Shown here: positions 53,450 through 63,720 of the stretch, one piece after another | How the letters are laid out: the number at the start of each line of letters is the position of its first letter | Numbering within the stretch: position 1 is the first letter of the stretch | NCBI GenBank assembly: GCA_965204725.1 | Contig: OZ242005.1 | Coordinates: forward strand, 2,304,001-2,368,000 | Direction: 5' to 3' | DNA length: 64,000 nucleotides | Source: Candidatus Latescibacterota bacterium | Lineage (GTDB): Bacteria; Latescibacterota; UBA2968; UBA8231 | Program-made: the position numbers and the translations under genes | Notes under the pieces: model-generated | Told to the model about the DNA's origin: nothing | What the model saw: only the letters and a program-made list of their open reading frames with translations | Databases searched by the model: none

Positions 53450-54293
53450 GAAGCTATCTCATAAATACCGTAGCAGTATGAGGATGCATCCGAGTTGTAC
53501 AAAGCCGAGGTAGTTTTCAGCATAGTATTCGTATCGAACCACGATGCGGCGGAAGTTATGCAACCAAGCAAACAGTCTTTCTATTTTCCAGCGTCTTTTG
53601 TAGCCCCGCAACCGCCGCCCGTCCTGGGTTTTGGCCTGCGTGCGATTGCGGCGATGCGGGGCGATCATCTCAATGCCTTGGTTGGCCAAGCTCGCATCCA
53701 ATCGATCCGAGTCGTAGGCTCGGTCCCCGATGAGTCGTTGCGGTCGGGGCTGGACCCATCGGTTTTCCAAGGTGGCTTCTACGAGGGTGACTTCGTGGGG
53801 CGAAGCACTTTGGATGAGTACGGCGATAGGAAGACCAGCGCGGTCTGCCACTGCCATGAGCTTCGTACCTTTGCCCCGCTTGGTCGGACCCACTCGGTCC
53901 CCCCTTTTTTCGCCGCGACAAACAGGCCATCGATGAAGCATTCGCTCACATCAAGGCCCCCGCGCTCATGCAAGTCGTGCGCGAGGGTGCGCAGAATATG
54001 TTCAAAGGTGCCATCAGACGACCACTGTTGGAATCGACGATGGCAGGTCTGGTAGGACGGATAGCGAGCAGGCAGGTCATGCCCAGGCGCCCCGGTGCGG
54101 AGAATCCACAGAATACCATTGAGCACCGCCCGGTTACAACGCCAGGGACGACCCCGACCATCGCGGCGTTTGGGACACGCCGGCAGCAGTGGGGACACTA
54201 TCGACCACTGTTCGTCTGTAAGATCCATAAGAGATACCTCCGAAAGGGAATACCACTAACGTAGCACAGCCAGACTATTTATGAGATAGCTTC
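53450..54293 (-). mobile_element. IS5-family (IS427-group-like) insertion sequence, 844 bp, TA at both ends; two-ORF transposase (53779-54228 and 53459-53941)
   Basis: Perfect IR (TA)GAAGCTATCTCATAAATA; MDLTDEQW...WILRTGAP; A6G6 slippery site (AKKGG); [18 protein letters not shown]. Confidence 0.92.
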
Positions 54294-57200
54294 TAGATGG
54301 GATGCTGATAATGTAAGGATCTGTGAGGCGTTTATTTTCGAGCTCTTCTTTTACAAGATCATAATCTTGCTTGCTAATAAAAACAGCGTTAATCCTAAAC
54401 CAACAATCTAATTTTGTTTCTCGACCTGATTTGCTCTGTTGTTCCATCCCTCTTAATACTATCCATTGATTCTGCTTACCAGGATCTTTTACTCGCAAAA
54501 GGTCTGAAAAATCGGGGATTATATCTTTATCCCAAAGAAACTCTTGCTGATCACGAATATCGTCACGGCCGGAAAAAGAGAATTTGTATGGCTGCCACCA
54601 TGTACTCTCTGAGTGATGGTCACCATTTTTTCTTATCCAAATAGTAGGATCAATATCTCGTTTGTACATTTGCCATGGGCCATAGTAATGTTTGTCTTCC
54701 ATGTCACTATAACCGCGATCTATCCAATGTACGTTATCGGATAAACGCGCAAGTATCTCATGAAACGCAATCCATTGATATTTCTTGCCGATCCTTTCCA
54801 TCTCTCCGCCGCTAGGCCCCTGATCTCGTCCATAGGAGCAATGTTCTTCAAACTTAGAAAAAAGTTCTTCTGTCCAACCAAACTCGTAGGAACGCTTACA
54901 CACCCACCTTTGTGCCCACTTACGACTAAACGCAGCCGGCCTATCATTATCCAAACCAGAAAGCCACCTATAGTATTCTCTATTTTCATCACTGCTAATT
55001 TGGGTTTTTATTTGGTCTTCCAACTCTTCCGGTCTCTTTTTTCTCTGGTCTCGTCTTTTTTCTTTTGATTTCCGTACATTTTTGTGTTTCTCAATGGCGT
55101 CGTTTTCTTTTTTAATTTCGTCAAAAGTTCGCATATTTTTTCTCACATCTACCTGTTTTAAGCGCATAGAAGATATATCAATCTTCTTAGAAGTGTTTTT
55201 AGATAGATTTGGGGCAATTTGTTTTAGATATTCTGCTTGAACCTTTCCGCGTAATAATTGTTCTGCAAATTTCTTTTTCAAATCATATCCCGTTTGGGGA
55301 GCAGGTTCGGATATAGGTGTTGGAGACCAGTTGTGAATGCAATTCATAGTGTACGTTCCAAAATCTCCTGGAAACCCCATAACAGAACTTTTTATTTTTG
55401 AGTATCCTTTGCTCTGTTGAAAAGGCTTATTTATTAGCTTGGTTCGCTCCATTATTCTATATAATATCGCAGGAGCAAGCTGTACAAGAAACTTAATCAT
55501 AGCCTCCTTAACTCTGCTTTTCAATAGAGCAATCTTTGAGTATCCTTTATTCTCAACTATGCTGTCAATTTCCTTTTGTGTAGGATTTTCTATTGGCCAT
55601 TCAGATTTGTACGGCGGTCGAAACAAGTCGATATTGACACCATCAGGAAGCAATTTTTTATATAGAGCCAACTCCAAAATACCTCTCGCATAATCTCTGA
55701 GAAGTATATGCGGTATAGGCTTGCCGTCTTTGAAGACGAGTTCAAAAACCAAAGTTGCTATACGAGAAATAATCTGTGGATCAGTAGTATTACAAACAAC
55801 TCCATAGGCAACAGCATATAGACGTTCAATCAAATAGAGATCGTTGACCAAATGAAATTCACGAAGCAAATCTGGCAAAAAAGAGGGATATTTTGACAGT
55901 ATTCTTACCAGCGATTTTGTCGCTCTATCACGTACCTTGCGATTCGATGTTGTAAGAAACCATAGCAATGTGATCGCACAAAGTTGTATCCTTTCTTTCT
56001 CAACTTCTTCTATATCTCCAAAGCATGACCATTCGATAAGATCTCTTACAATGGATTCAATCCCTTCATCTTCTTCTGATGTATAATTCAATGCCACATG
56101 AATCGACCAGAAATGGTCACGCTCAGCCATCTCTTTGCCTATTAAGTTGGTATGTATTAGCCTTGCGTTCCATGGGTGTGAGGGTTCTGTTGATAGCTTC
56201 AATAGTATATGCAATATTCGGTTAGAATATTTTATCCGATTAAGCAATTCCAGCGTTCTGTCCGAAAATGAACTTGGAGTTCTCCAAATAACTGTGTTGG
56301 AAAACATTTCAGTGGTTAGCCGTTCATCAATATCTGCATCACAAGGTAAAAGATCAATCAACTCTTTATTATATTTTTCTGCAATGATTATGGTCAAAGC
56401 CTCAAGTATTCCGGCATATCTATAATATCCGCGTTCTGCAACTGCCTTACCGAGAGGCTTATCAGGGGAAAAAATACTGTCAATATTTTCTGAGTTATAC
56501 TGCTCTATAATTTGTTGAGCAACAAAATGATCGCTGAATCTCTCATAGGTGAACCTGACTAAAGGTTTTCCTCCCTCATCAGGTTCATACGAAATATCAT
56601 CTGACAAGACACCTTCCTGCAATAATTCATTAAGAAAAGGCTTGCCTATATTTTCATTCGGATCGTGATCACGGAATAGTTTTCTAGCGTCTCCCGTGGG
56701 TATTCCAGTTAAATGTTCTGGAAATAATTTCGATGAGAATGCGATCAGAGCTTGTTTGACTATTTCTTCTCTGGGATTATAGTCTTTACGTTTAGCAATT
56801 ATTTTTTCAATGCTTTTAATATAGAAATCAAACAGACTCGTAACACCGCGTAAGCCTTTAGGGAAAGCGGTCATATTATTTGCTTTTAGAGCTTGGCAAC
56901 ATGTTTTTAAGAACAAAGGGTTAGTAAACTCTGGTGCCAATATAGGAGCACTGGGTTTTGAAATTCCTTGCTGAGATAGATACTTTTCTGCGGCACGATG
57001 CTCGTATCCTTGAAAGCCATAGTGCTTTATCTGAATAAGACGATCTTCATTTATGTGGTCAGGCAAGATATATGTTAAGAAAGTACTCCGACAGCTTAAC
57101 AAAACTGCGATATGATCAAATTTAGATATGTCTGATAAGAAGCTAATTATATGATACTGCCAGTCCTCTCTATGTAAACCTTCGTTGATAGCATCGATTA

Positions 57201-58482
57201 CGATAAGTGCCCTAGAACCGGAAGCCTCTCCTGCAGCGTTTATTGCCCCAAAAACCTGTGAATCACTATGTTCCCTCAAATCAATGGCATCTTTTATCAA
57301 TTCAATCGGATTGCCGCCGCCATATTGAGAGCCCAAAAGAAAAATTGTAGGTTGATTATTTTTTATTCGATGAAGGCTAATATCGCAGAGCAAATGAGAC
57401 TTCCCGATTCCAGCCTCGCCATATAAAAGGGCTGTCTTAATTTTTGCCGCTTTAACCTTTTCTCCTTTTAAGAAATAAGAAAAATCACTTATTATATAAA
57501 AGAAGTCATCAAAAATCCTACGTTCCTCATTGCGGTCAGGTCTCCCTTGACTGTTCCTGTTTTCCTTCGAGAGCATATCGTAATATTCTGAATATTCTGA
57601 TATTTTTTCAAAATGCTCTTGCACATCTTGAACATTGAATAGCACATCTTTTTGGTTCATCCCATCCGATAAGATGCGAGATACCACTAAATACAGTTCG
57701 TTTATCTTTGCGACTTTTTCTGAATCCAACAACTCTGATTTGTCTCCCATAAACTCCTTGAAAAACTTTTCTGCCTTTTCATTTAAGTCCGCTATTCTAG
57801 ACCCTAAGTCTTTCCACCATTGAGCATTCAGGCAAAGCCCATCAAAAACTTTAGCAATAGGTAAATCAACATGAAACTCGGGTGTATATCTATCTCCCAA
57901 AGCCTCCCGTGCTTTACCCGCTATGTCCTCGAGTTTTCCAAAATTCAATACTGGTTCGTTAAACCAATACAATGCTTTACCAGAGTACAAAGGATCGTTA
58001 ATAGTCAAAAATGATGTGATTTCATGCTTCCCCCAGTACTTAAACTCGACACTGCGTCCCTCATCTTGAGCCCTCTCTTTCCATTTTTTAACATAGATAT
58101 TCCATTCATCTTCAACAGATACTACTTTCTTGCCACCTCGTCCTTTTTTTCTGCTATCCGATTTGTCCAGAGGCAAACAGATGACATATTTCGTCAAATT
58201 AGGATGTCTCTCCAAGGCGGTAATAAAAGAATGATCCAATTGTTGCCAACGAGATTGATCCATTCCATCTGGAAAGTACTTCGCTTGCCAGCATATTTCT
58301 GAATTATCTTCTAGGACCCAATAGCACTCGACACCAGCATCACCACCAGCACCTTCCTTCCTCGTAAACCTCAATGCTTTTTGTGGTTTGCGGAGACGCG
58401 CAAGTTGACAAACCAGTTCTTCAAAGCCAGATGCTTGGCTTCCGTTATGTGCTCTAATAGTTGAAAAATCAATATTGTTCAT
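54256..58482 (-). pseudogene. AVAST/Avs2-like STAND NTPase with N-terminal nuclease, truncated by the IS
   Basis: N-terminal FEEL...GGDAGVE...WQAK (Mrr/PD-DExK-like); Walker A GEAGIGKS; IDAINE; NPLFLK; ERIGKKYQWIA. Subtype assigned from recalled motifs only. Confidence 0.7.
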
Positions 58483-58562
58483 CTGGTTAATCCTCCTTTT
58501 TTATCCTCTGCATCACTTGCGGCGTCTGTGTTTTCTGCACCCTCCACCCACCTGCACTGCCC

Positions 58563-58605
58563 AATCCGCGTCCTCTGCGTAATCCGTCTAATCCGCGATC
58601 CAGAC
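58563..58605 (-). repeat. 43-nt CGGATT-triplet repeat, right copy of the inverted pair
   Basis: Reverse complement GTCTGGATCGCGGATTAGACGGATTACGCAGAGGACGCGGATT. Confidence 0.7.
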
Positions 58606-58621
58606 ATCTTCCACCACCGTC

Positions 58622-58732
58622 TCATCCAACACTCCGCGCCCGCTGTTTCCGATTTTCGACCAACTCGGTTACGTCGGCATATACCAACTCGCGGTCGTCA
58701 GCGGTCAAGCCCAGTGCACCAACTTCATTCAT
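58622..58732 (-). pseudogene. 36-codon remnant ORF resembling the C-terminal helix of another RM methyltransferase
   Basis: MNEVGALGLTADDRELVYADVTELVENRKQRARSVG; overlaps the RM stop codon. Confidence 0.45.
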
Positions 58733-61700
58733 TATCAGCGTCCCGCATTTCTTCCAGCAACGCTTGCCCGATATATTCGTCGTGTCTTTCGCTGATGTTT
58801 GTAGCGTCAGAAGTCAATGTGCCTGCTAATGCTAGTAGGGGATCGCGTTCGGGCTGACGTTGGGCTTTCAGTTCCTCTTTACCCTCAATGGCGCGGATGA
58901 CCTCCAAGCTACCGAGAAAGAAAAGATTCTTCCGTACAGGATGTTTTCTCTCATAGAGTCGCTCAAAGATGGTGCGGAGTGCGGACATTTTATCGCCGGT
59001 GATTTCCTCGATAGAGTGCAACTGCTCGCCTTGCAACGGTTTGAAGAAGTACTTGTCAGCGCGATGCAGTTCATCGGTCAGGTAGATTTCATAAACCAGT
59101 CCGTCAACTATCCGCTCAAAAAACTTGACCATCAGGTAGTCCCGGGCATAAGCTAAATTTTTGCCGTCCGTAGATGGCTGATTCTTGAGGTAGATGATGT
59201 AATCGACGATAGTGGTGATGAGGGCGTTCTTATCGGCAGTAATCTTGGGAATGGGGATGCGTTCAACAGCGAATTTCTTCCACTGAGTAAGGCCCATTCC
59301 AGTCGTTAGGGCGGTATTCTTTATGAGCCAAGTAACAAGGGTACTGTTCAAAACCGCACAAAGGTATTTCAGCGATTTCCCCGTCATAAAAAACCCTTTG
59401 TCGTTGCAATACATTTCCGAATCAGAGTAGGCGAACCTTCCCTTGCTCGACATATCCATCCAGAACAGCTTTTCTTTAGCAAACTCTGCATGGTAGGCGC
59501 AGTTGCGAAGACTGTAAGGCGTCTGAACTCTGTCATACCGCTTTTCCAAGTTTGGATAGAACTTATCCAAGTGATTTTTGATGATCGGGTAATCGTCAAT
59601 GTTGATAGCCGGAACATCGTCATATCCGTTGTGCGTATCAATCAGCCAGACCCCTGCCCATTGCACTTGATAGCGTTGAATATCCCGGCCGCGCAACATG
59701 GGCTTGATAACCTCGGCAGACTTCGGGTCTGCGGCGACCAATTCCTTTTTGGTTGCATCGTCAATAATGAAGGCGTCGTTGAATCCAGTTGTTACGCCGC
59801 GATAGATAGACACATCCCAGTCTTTCAACGGCGTTCCAATCGCCTCCATCTTATCCATAATCGACTGCTCAATGGCCGACAGCGCACTCCACGGCTTTTC
59901 CCCTCTTGGACTCAACTGCCCCCAAAAATTGTCCTCCGGCGGGAAGGCTCTATCGGACAGGCGGTCCATATCCACCGCCTTGCAGACCGCATCGCTCTTG
60001 CCGCTACGCGCTAGCAAAATGTTGGTGTCAACAATAGCGTTTTCAAAAACATCCTTGCCCATTTCCAACAACTGCAACGGCGAGTGTTGCTCAGCAAAGT
60101 AGCGGCGTGTCGTCTTGCCGTATTCCGCCTTTAACCAACTGTTGGACGTGATATAAGCGAGTAGGCCGTGCTGGGACGCGAGCAGTTGGCAGCCCTTCTC
60201 GTAAAAAAGCTGATAGATGTCGCCCGTGCGGACGAAGGTGGCAAACCCGGCGTCCTTGTAGAGCCGCCCCAATTCCCCTCTATTTTTCTGCAACTGAATG
60301 TACGGCGGATTCCCAATCACCACGTCAAACCCATCGGCGACGCCGAACATATACTCCGCGTCGAACCAATCGGCACCAGCATTCTGGTCGTAGGGATCCC
60401 ATTGGGCGACTTGGTTCGCGGCGGCAGCACTCATACTGTTCTGCAACTCGGCGGCCAATTCTCTACGCAGCCGGGCATCCTGTCGGCGATACGCCAACTT
60501 CTCTTGGCGCGTGGTGGCGTGAAAGTGCCGCTCGCGGTTTTCGTTCAGTTCCTGTTCCAACCGATTCACCGCATCCGTTTGCCCGAGGCTCATTTGGGCT
60601 GGCTTGTCAAGGCTCAACAACGTATTCGCCGCGACAAAGCGCGTCTCCAAGTTCGGCAACGGCTTAATGCCAAAGTTGTCGGCGGTCTTGTTCACTTCCT
60701 GCTCTATCGCCAGCGAAATGAAAAAGCGCAACTTGGCGATCTGGCAGGCCACCGGCTGAATATCCACCCCAAAGATGCTGTTCTGAATCAGATACAGCTT
60801 GCGCCCAAAGTCGGAGTCCCGGTAGTGCTCAAAGGTCTCGCTGATTTCATCGAGTTCGGCTTTGCGTTCCCGTGGGTCTTGGGCGTCAAACGCCACATCC
60901 GCCTTAGCTAGGGCGCGTTCCTTTTGCAACTTCTCCCAGTGGGCGTTGTCGGGGTCAATCCGCCGCAAGGCCAAAGTGAGTTTATGCAATACACCCATGG
61001 GAAACGCGCCCGATCCGACCGCTGGGTCCAACACCTTGAGCTCCGCAATCGCCTGCACAAGACGTTCCGCTTCGACCTCCTCAAACAGTTCATTGGCGTC
61101 GTTGAACGCATCCTCATAGTCCAGCAAATAGCGCAACCGATCTTGCCAAAACCCAACATCGTCGTCTCTTGGCGAACACGCCTGAGCCAATGCCTCGACC
61201 AACGCCTCATCCACCATGTAATCCACCACCGGACGCGGCGTGTAGTACGAGCCAGTCTGCTCACGCACCGTCTCGCGTGTTTCGGGATTGTACGCGGCCA
61301 GCAAATTCTCGAACACCTTGCCGAGCAACTCCGGGTCAAGCGCGACCTCCTGTTCCGCAGGCGTGTTTTCCTCCACCGTGAACTTGTAGCGGTTGAACAG
61401 AGTAATCAGCCCATCGTCGTCAAAAAACAGGCGGTTGGGAAGGCTCAACTTGTGGTAGTGAACATCGGAAAAACAGTCAACGCGCCAGCCGCCTGATGTG
61501 GTAGATTCCTCACTGTCCAGACAATCGAACAAGCCGCCGTTGATAAAGGGCGTCTGGCTGAACAGACGCAACAGCGCATCCGGGTCGCTCATTTCTCTTT
61601 TGAAGCGATAGCGGGAAAAGTCGCGGTGAGTGACATTCTTCTTTTGGCTAAAACCGCGCTTTTCGATCTCGGTGTTGAGCGTAGCGAAAAACAGGTTTTG

Positions 61701-62633
61701 TAGCACCGTGCGGTAGTACGAATCGCCCGCGTCTTGGTCGTAATCCTTCAGCAGTTTGGCGATTCGCGCCTCAATGAACAGGGCGTCGGCGATGAGCCTC
61801 TTTTCCTTGATGAACCAGACGAATAGCAGGCGAGTAATGAGGCGGATGACGTGTTCTTCGGCGTGGAGGGAACGCGCTTCGCCGGTTGGAAACGTCGCCT
61901 CCTGAACCGCACGGTTGAACCAGCCAAACAAATCGCGGTAGAACCGCCGATTCAATTCTTCCGTATCCAGCGCGGCCAACCAAGCGGCCAACAAGCCATC
62001 GAAGTTGGGCAACGCGTCGTGGGCGTCCATCCACAGCAACCGCTGCCGCAACGATAAGTCGGCGAGGATGTCCAACTGGGCGCGGTGTGGCTCAGTGGGG
62101 TTAATCTCCCGAATCAGCGACACGTGGCCCAGCACATCGCGCTTGGGGTCGCGCTTGTGTTCACGGCGGTGAACAAAGGACAGAGTCAACCGATCATCAG
62201 CGGTCTTGAACAGCACCACAGTCGGCACGGTTATCCGCTTGTTGACCTCGCGGGTAAATTGGGCGTATTGCCCACGCGGATAGGTTTTGCCGTTCAGTTC
62301 AATAGCGGCGAACAAAAAACTCCGCGCATTGCCCTTGTCAAAGCCGTCAGTGGGCAACAACGTGCGCCGCACCACCGTAATTTCAGAATCGGTCACCTGA
62401 AAGAGAATCCGCACGGACCGGGCGTTGTCGCGGAAAAACCGTTCGGCCTGTGTGTTCTCGTTTAGCGCAGGAAATTGCCGAATAAAGTCATCCACCTTGC
62501 CCGAAAGCACTACGGTGCGCTCGCTCCGATAGCCCAACACATCGAGCAGATGAACGGCATTTTCACACCATTCGCCCGTTTGGCAACGCTGTATGGCTTC
62601 GGCTATGGCCTCTCTGTATGCTGTATCATTCAT
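58725..62633 (-). CDS. Type IIG (Eco57I/TaqI-C-like) restriction-modification N6-adenine methyltransferase
   Basis: PFINGGLF, LLGKVFENLL, GSYYTPR, VLDPAVGSGAF (motif I), VIGNPPY (motif IV), TaqI_C-like TRD. Confidence 0.9.
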   Translation of the reverse strand: MNDTAYREAIAEAIQRCQTGEWCENAVHLLDVLGYRSERTVVLSGKVDDFIRQFPALNENTQAERFFRDNARSVRILFQVTDSEITVVRRTLLPTDGFDKGNARSFLFAAIELNGKTYPRGQYAQFTREVNKRITVPTVVLFKTADDRLTLSFVHRREHKRDPKRDVLGHVSLIREINPTEPHRAQLDILADLSLRQRLLWMDAHDALPNFDGLLAAWLAALDTEELNRRFYRDLFGWFNRAVQEATFPTGEARSLHAEEHVIRLITRLLFVWFIKEKRLIADALFIEARIAKLLKDYDQDAGDSYYRTVLQNLFFATLNTEIEKRGFSQKKNVTHRDFSRYRFKREMSDPDALLRLFSQTPFINGGLFDCLDSEESTTSGGWRVDCFSDVHYHKLSLPNRLFFDDDGLITLFNRYKFTVEENTPAEQEVALDPELLGKVFENLLAAYNPETRETVREQTGSYYTPRPVVDYMVDEALVEALAQACSPRDDDVGFWQDRLRYLLDYEDAFNDANELFEEVEAERLVQAIAELKVLDPAVGSGAFPMGVLHKLTLALRRIDPDNAHWEKLQKERALAKADVAFDAQDPRERKAELDEISETFEHYRDSDFGRKLYLIQNSIFGVDIQPVACQIAKLRFFISLAIEQEVNKTADNFGIKPLPNLETRFVAANTLLSLDKPAQMSLGQTDAVNRLEQELNENRERHFHATTRQEKLAYRRQDARLRRELAAELQNSMSAAAANQVAQWDPYDQNAGADWFDAEYMFGVADGFDVVIGNPPYIQLQKNRGELGRLYKDAGFATFVRTGDIYQLFYEKGCQLLASQHGLLAYITSNSWLKAEYGKTTRRYFAEQHSPLQLLEMGKDVFENAIVDTNILLARSGKSDAVCKAVDMDRLSDRAFPPEDNFWGQLSPRGEKPWSALSAIEQSIMDKMEAIGTPLKDWDVSIYRGVTTGFNDAFIIDDATKKELVAADPKSAEVIKPMLRGRDIQRYQVQWAGVWLIDTHNGYDDVPAINIDDYPIIKNHLDKFYPNLEKRYDRVQTPYSLRNCAYHAEFAKEKLFWMDMSSKGRFAYSDSEMYCNDKGFFMTGKSLKYLCAVLNSTLVTWLIKNTALTTGMGLTQWKKFAVERIPIPKITADKNALITTIVDYIIYLKNQPSTDGKNLAYARDYLMVKFFERIVDGLVYEIYLTDELHRADKYFFKPLQGEQLHSIEEITGDKMSALRTIFERLYERKHPVRKNLFFLGSLEVIRAIEGKEELKAQRQPERDPLLALAGTLTSDATNISERHDEYIGQALLEEMRDADNE

Positions 62634-62648
62634 CTTTAGCAGTCCTCA

Positions 62649-63577
62649 GAGGCTGTCTGAAAACTCCATTTTCTATTTGATTCTTTTGAGTAACAGGTGG
62701 ATCATAGCAATCTGGATCAAGGCTTCGCTATGGCGGGTCAACACCTCATAATCTCGGGCATGACGGCGCGAGTTCATCACCCATGCCAAGGTACGCTCGA
62801 CGACCCAACGGCGTTTGAGTACGGTAAATCCGGGGCCTTGTTTGGCGACGACTTCCAAGTCAATCTTGTGCGTCTTTTTTAGGTTGGCCACCCATGTTCG
62901 GATCGCCTCGCCTCGATAGCCGCCATCGCCCCACAGTTTGCGTAACCGGGCTACGCCGGACGTCCCCAAGCGGGTCAACACCTGCTGCAAGCCGTCTCGA
63001 TCGGATACATCGGCGGCGGTGACCACCACCTGTCGAAGCAAGCCTGAGGCGTCGACCAGCAGATGCCGTTTTCGGCCTTGAACCTTCTTGCCCGCGTCGT
63101 AACCGGTTGTTTTACCATGGGTTGCCGTTTTGATGGTCTGACTATCGATACAGCCCGCCGAGGGCGTGGCCGGCCGGCCGTTGCGGCGGCGTTCCTGCTG
63201 GGTGAGCCGTTCCAACACCCGCGGCCAGACCCCGTGCCGGCTCCAGCGACGGAAGTAATCATACACCGTTTTCCACGGGCCAAAACAAGCCGGTAACAAC
63301 GCCCAAGGACACCCCGTCTTGTTCAGATACAAAAGCCCGTTGACGATCGGACGCCGATCCCGCGGCGGCCGACCCGGACCGTTGGGGCGCCACCGCGGAG
63401 CCGGCAGCAACGGTTCGATCTGCTGCCATTGCACATCGGTTACATCGGTTGCATATTGGCCACTGGGCGTACTCATCATACGAGCCTTTCTGTTCAGATT
63501 TTGTGGTGAAACCTGAATATGGCCTGATGAGTACGCCGATTCAAATACGACTACATAATGGGTTTTCAGACAGCCTC
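62649..63577 (-). mobile_element. IS5-family (IS1031-group-like) insertion sequence, 929 bp; transposase 62673-63479
   Basis: IR GAGGCTGTCTGAAAAC / GTTTTCAGACAGCCTC; YATDVTDVQW, IDSQTIK, GRKRHLLVD, GDGGY, RWVVERT. Confidence 0.93.
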
Positions 63578-63580
63578 TAA

Positions 63581-63700
63581 GAAGCGGTCTGAAAACTCTG
63601 GTGGTCGTCTCCCGGCTGGATTCCCGCGTTCGCGGGAATGACTTCTCAGAAGCTGCTTGAAACGCCAGCCTCCGTCATTCCCGCGCAAGCGGGAATCCAG
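63581..63700. repeat. Stacked IS5-type ends with two inverted REP/dRS3-like palindromes (63616-63642 and 63674-63700)
   Basis: GAAGCGGTCTGAAAACTC (16/18 to the IS IR); CTGGATTCCCGCGTTCGCGGGAATGAC; GTCATTCCCGCGCAAGCGGGAATCCAG. Confidence 0.75.
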
Positions 63701-63720
63701 TCTTGAATGATATGGGATTG

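Noticed and set aside
53895-53915. Split transposase as a pseudogene or novelty
   Set aside because: An A6G slippery site with AKKGG is the usual two-ORF organisation of IS427-group elements
48342-63700. Intergenic palindromes as integron attC sites
   Set aside because: No consistent RYYYAAC...GTTRRRY boxes were recognised and no intI is in the window
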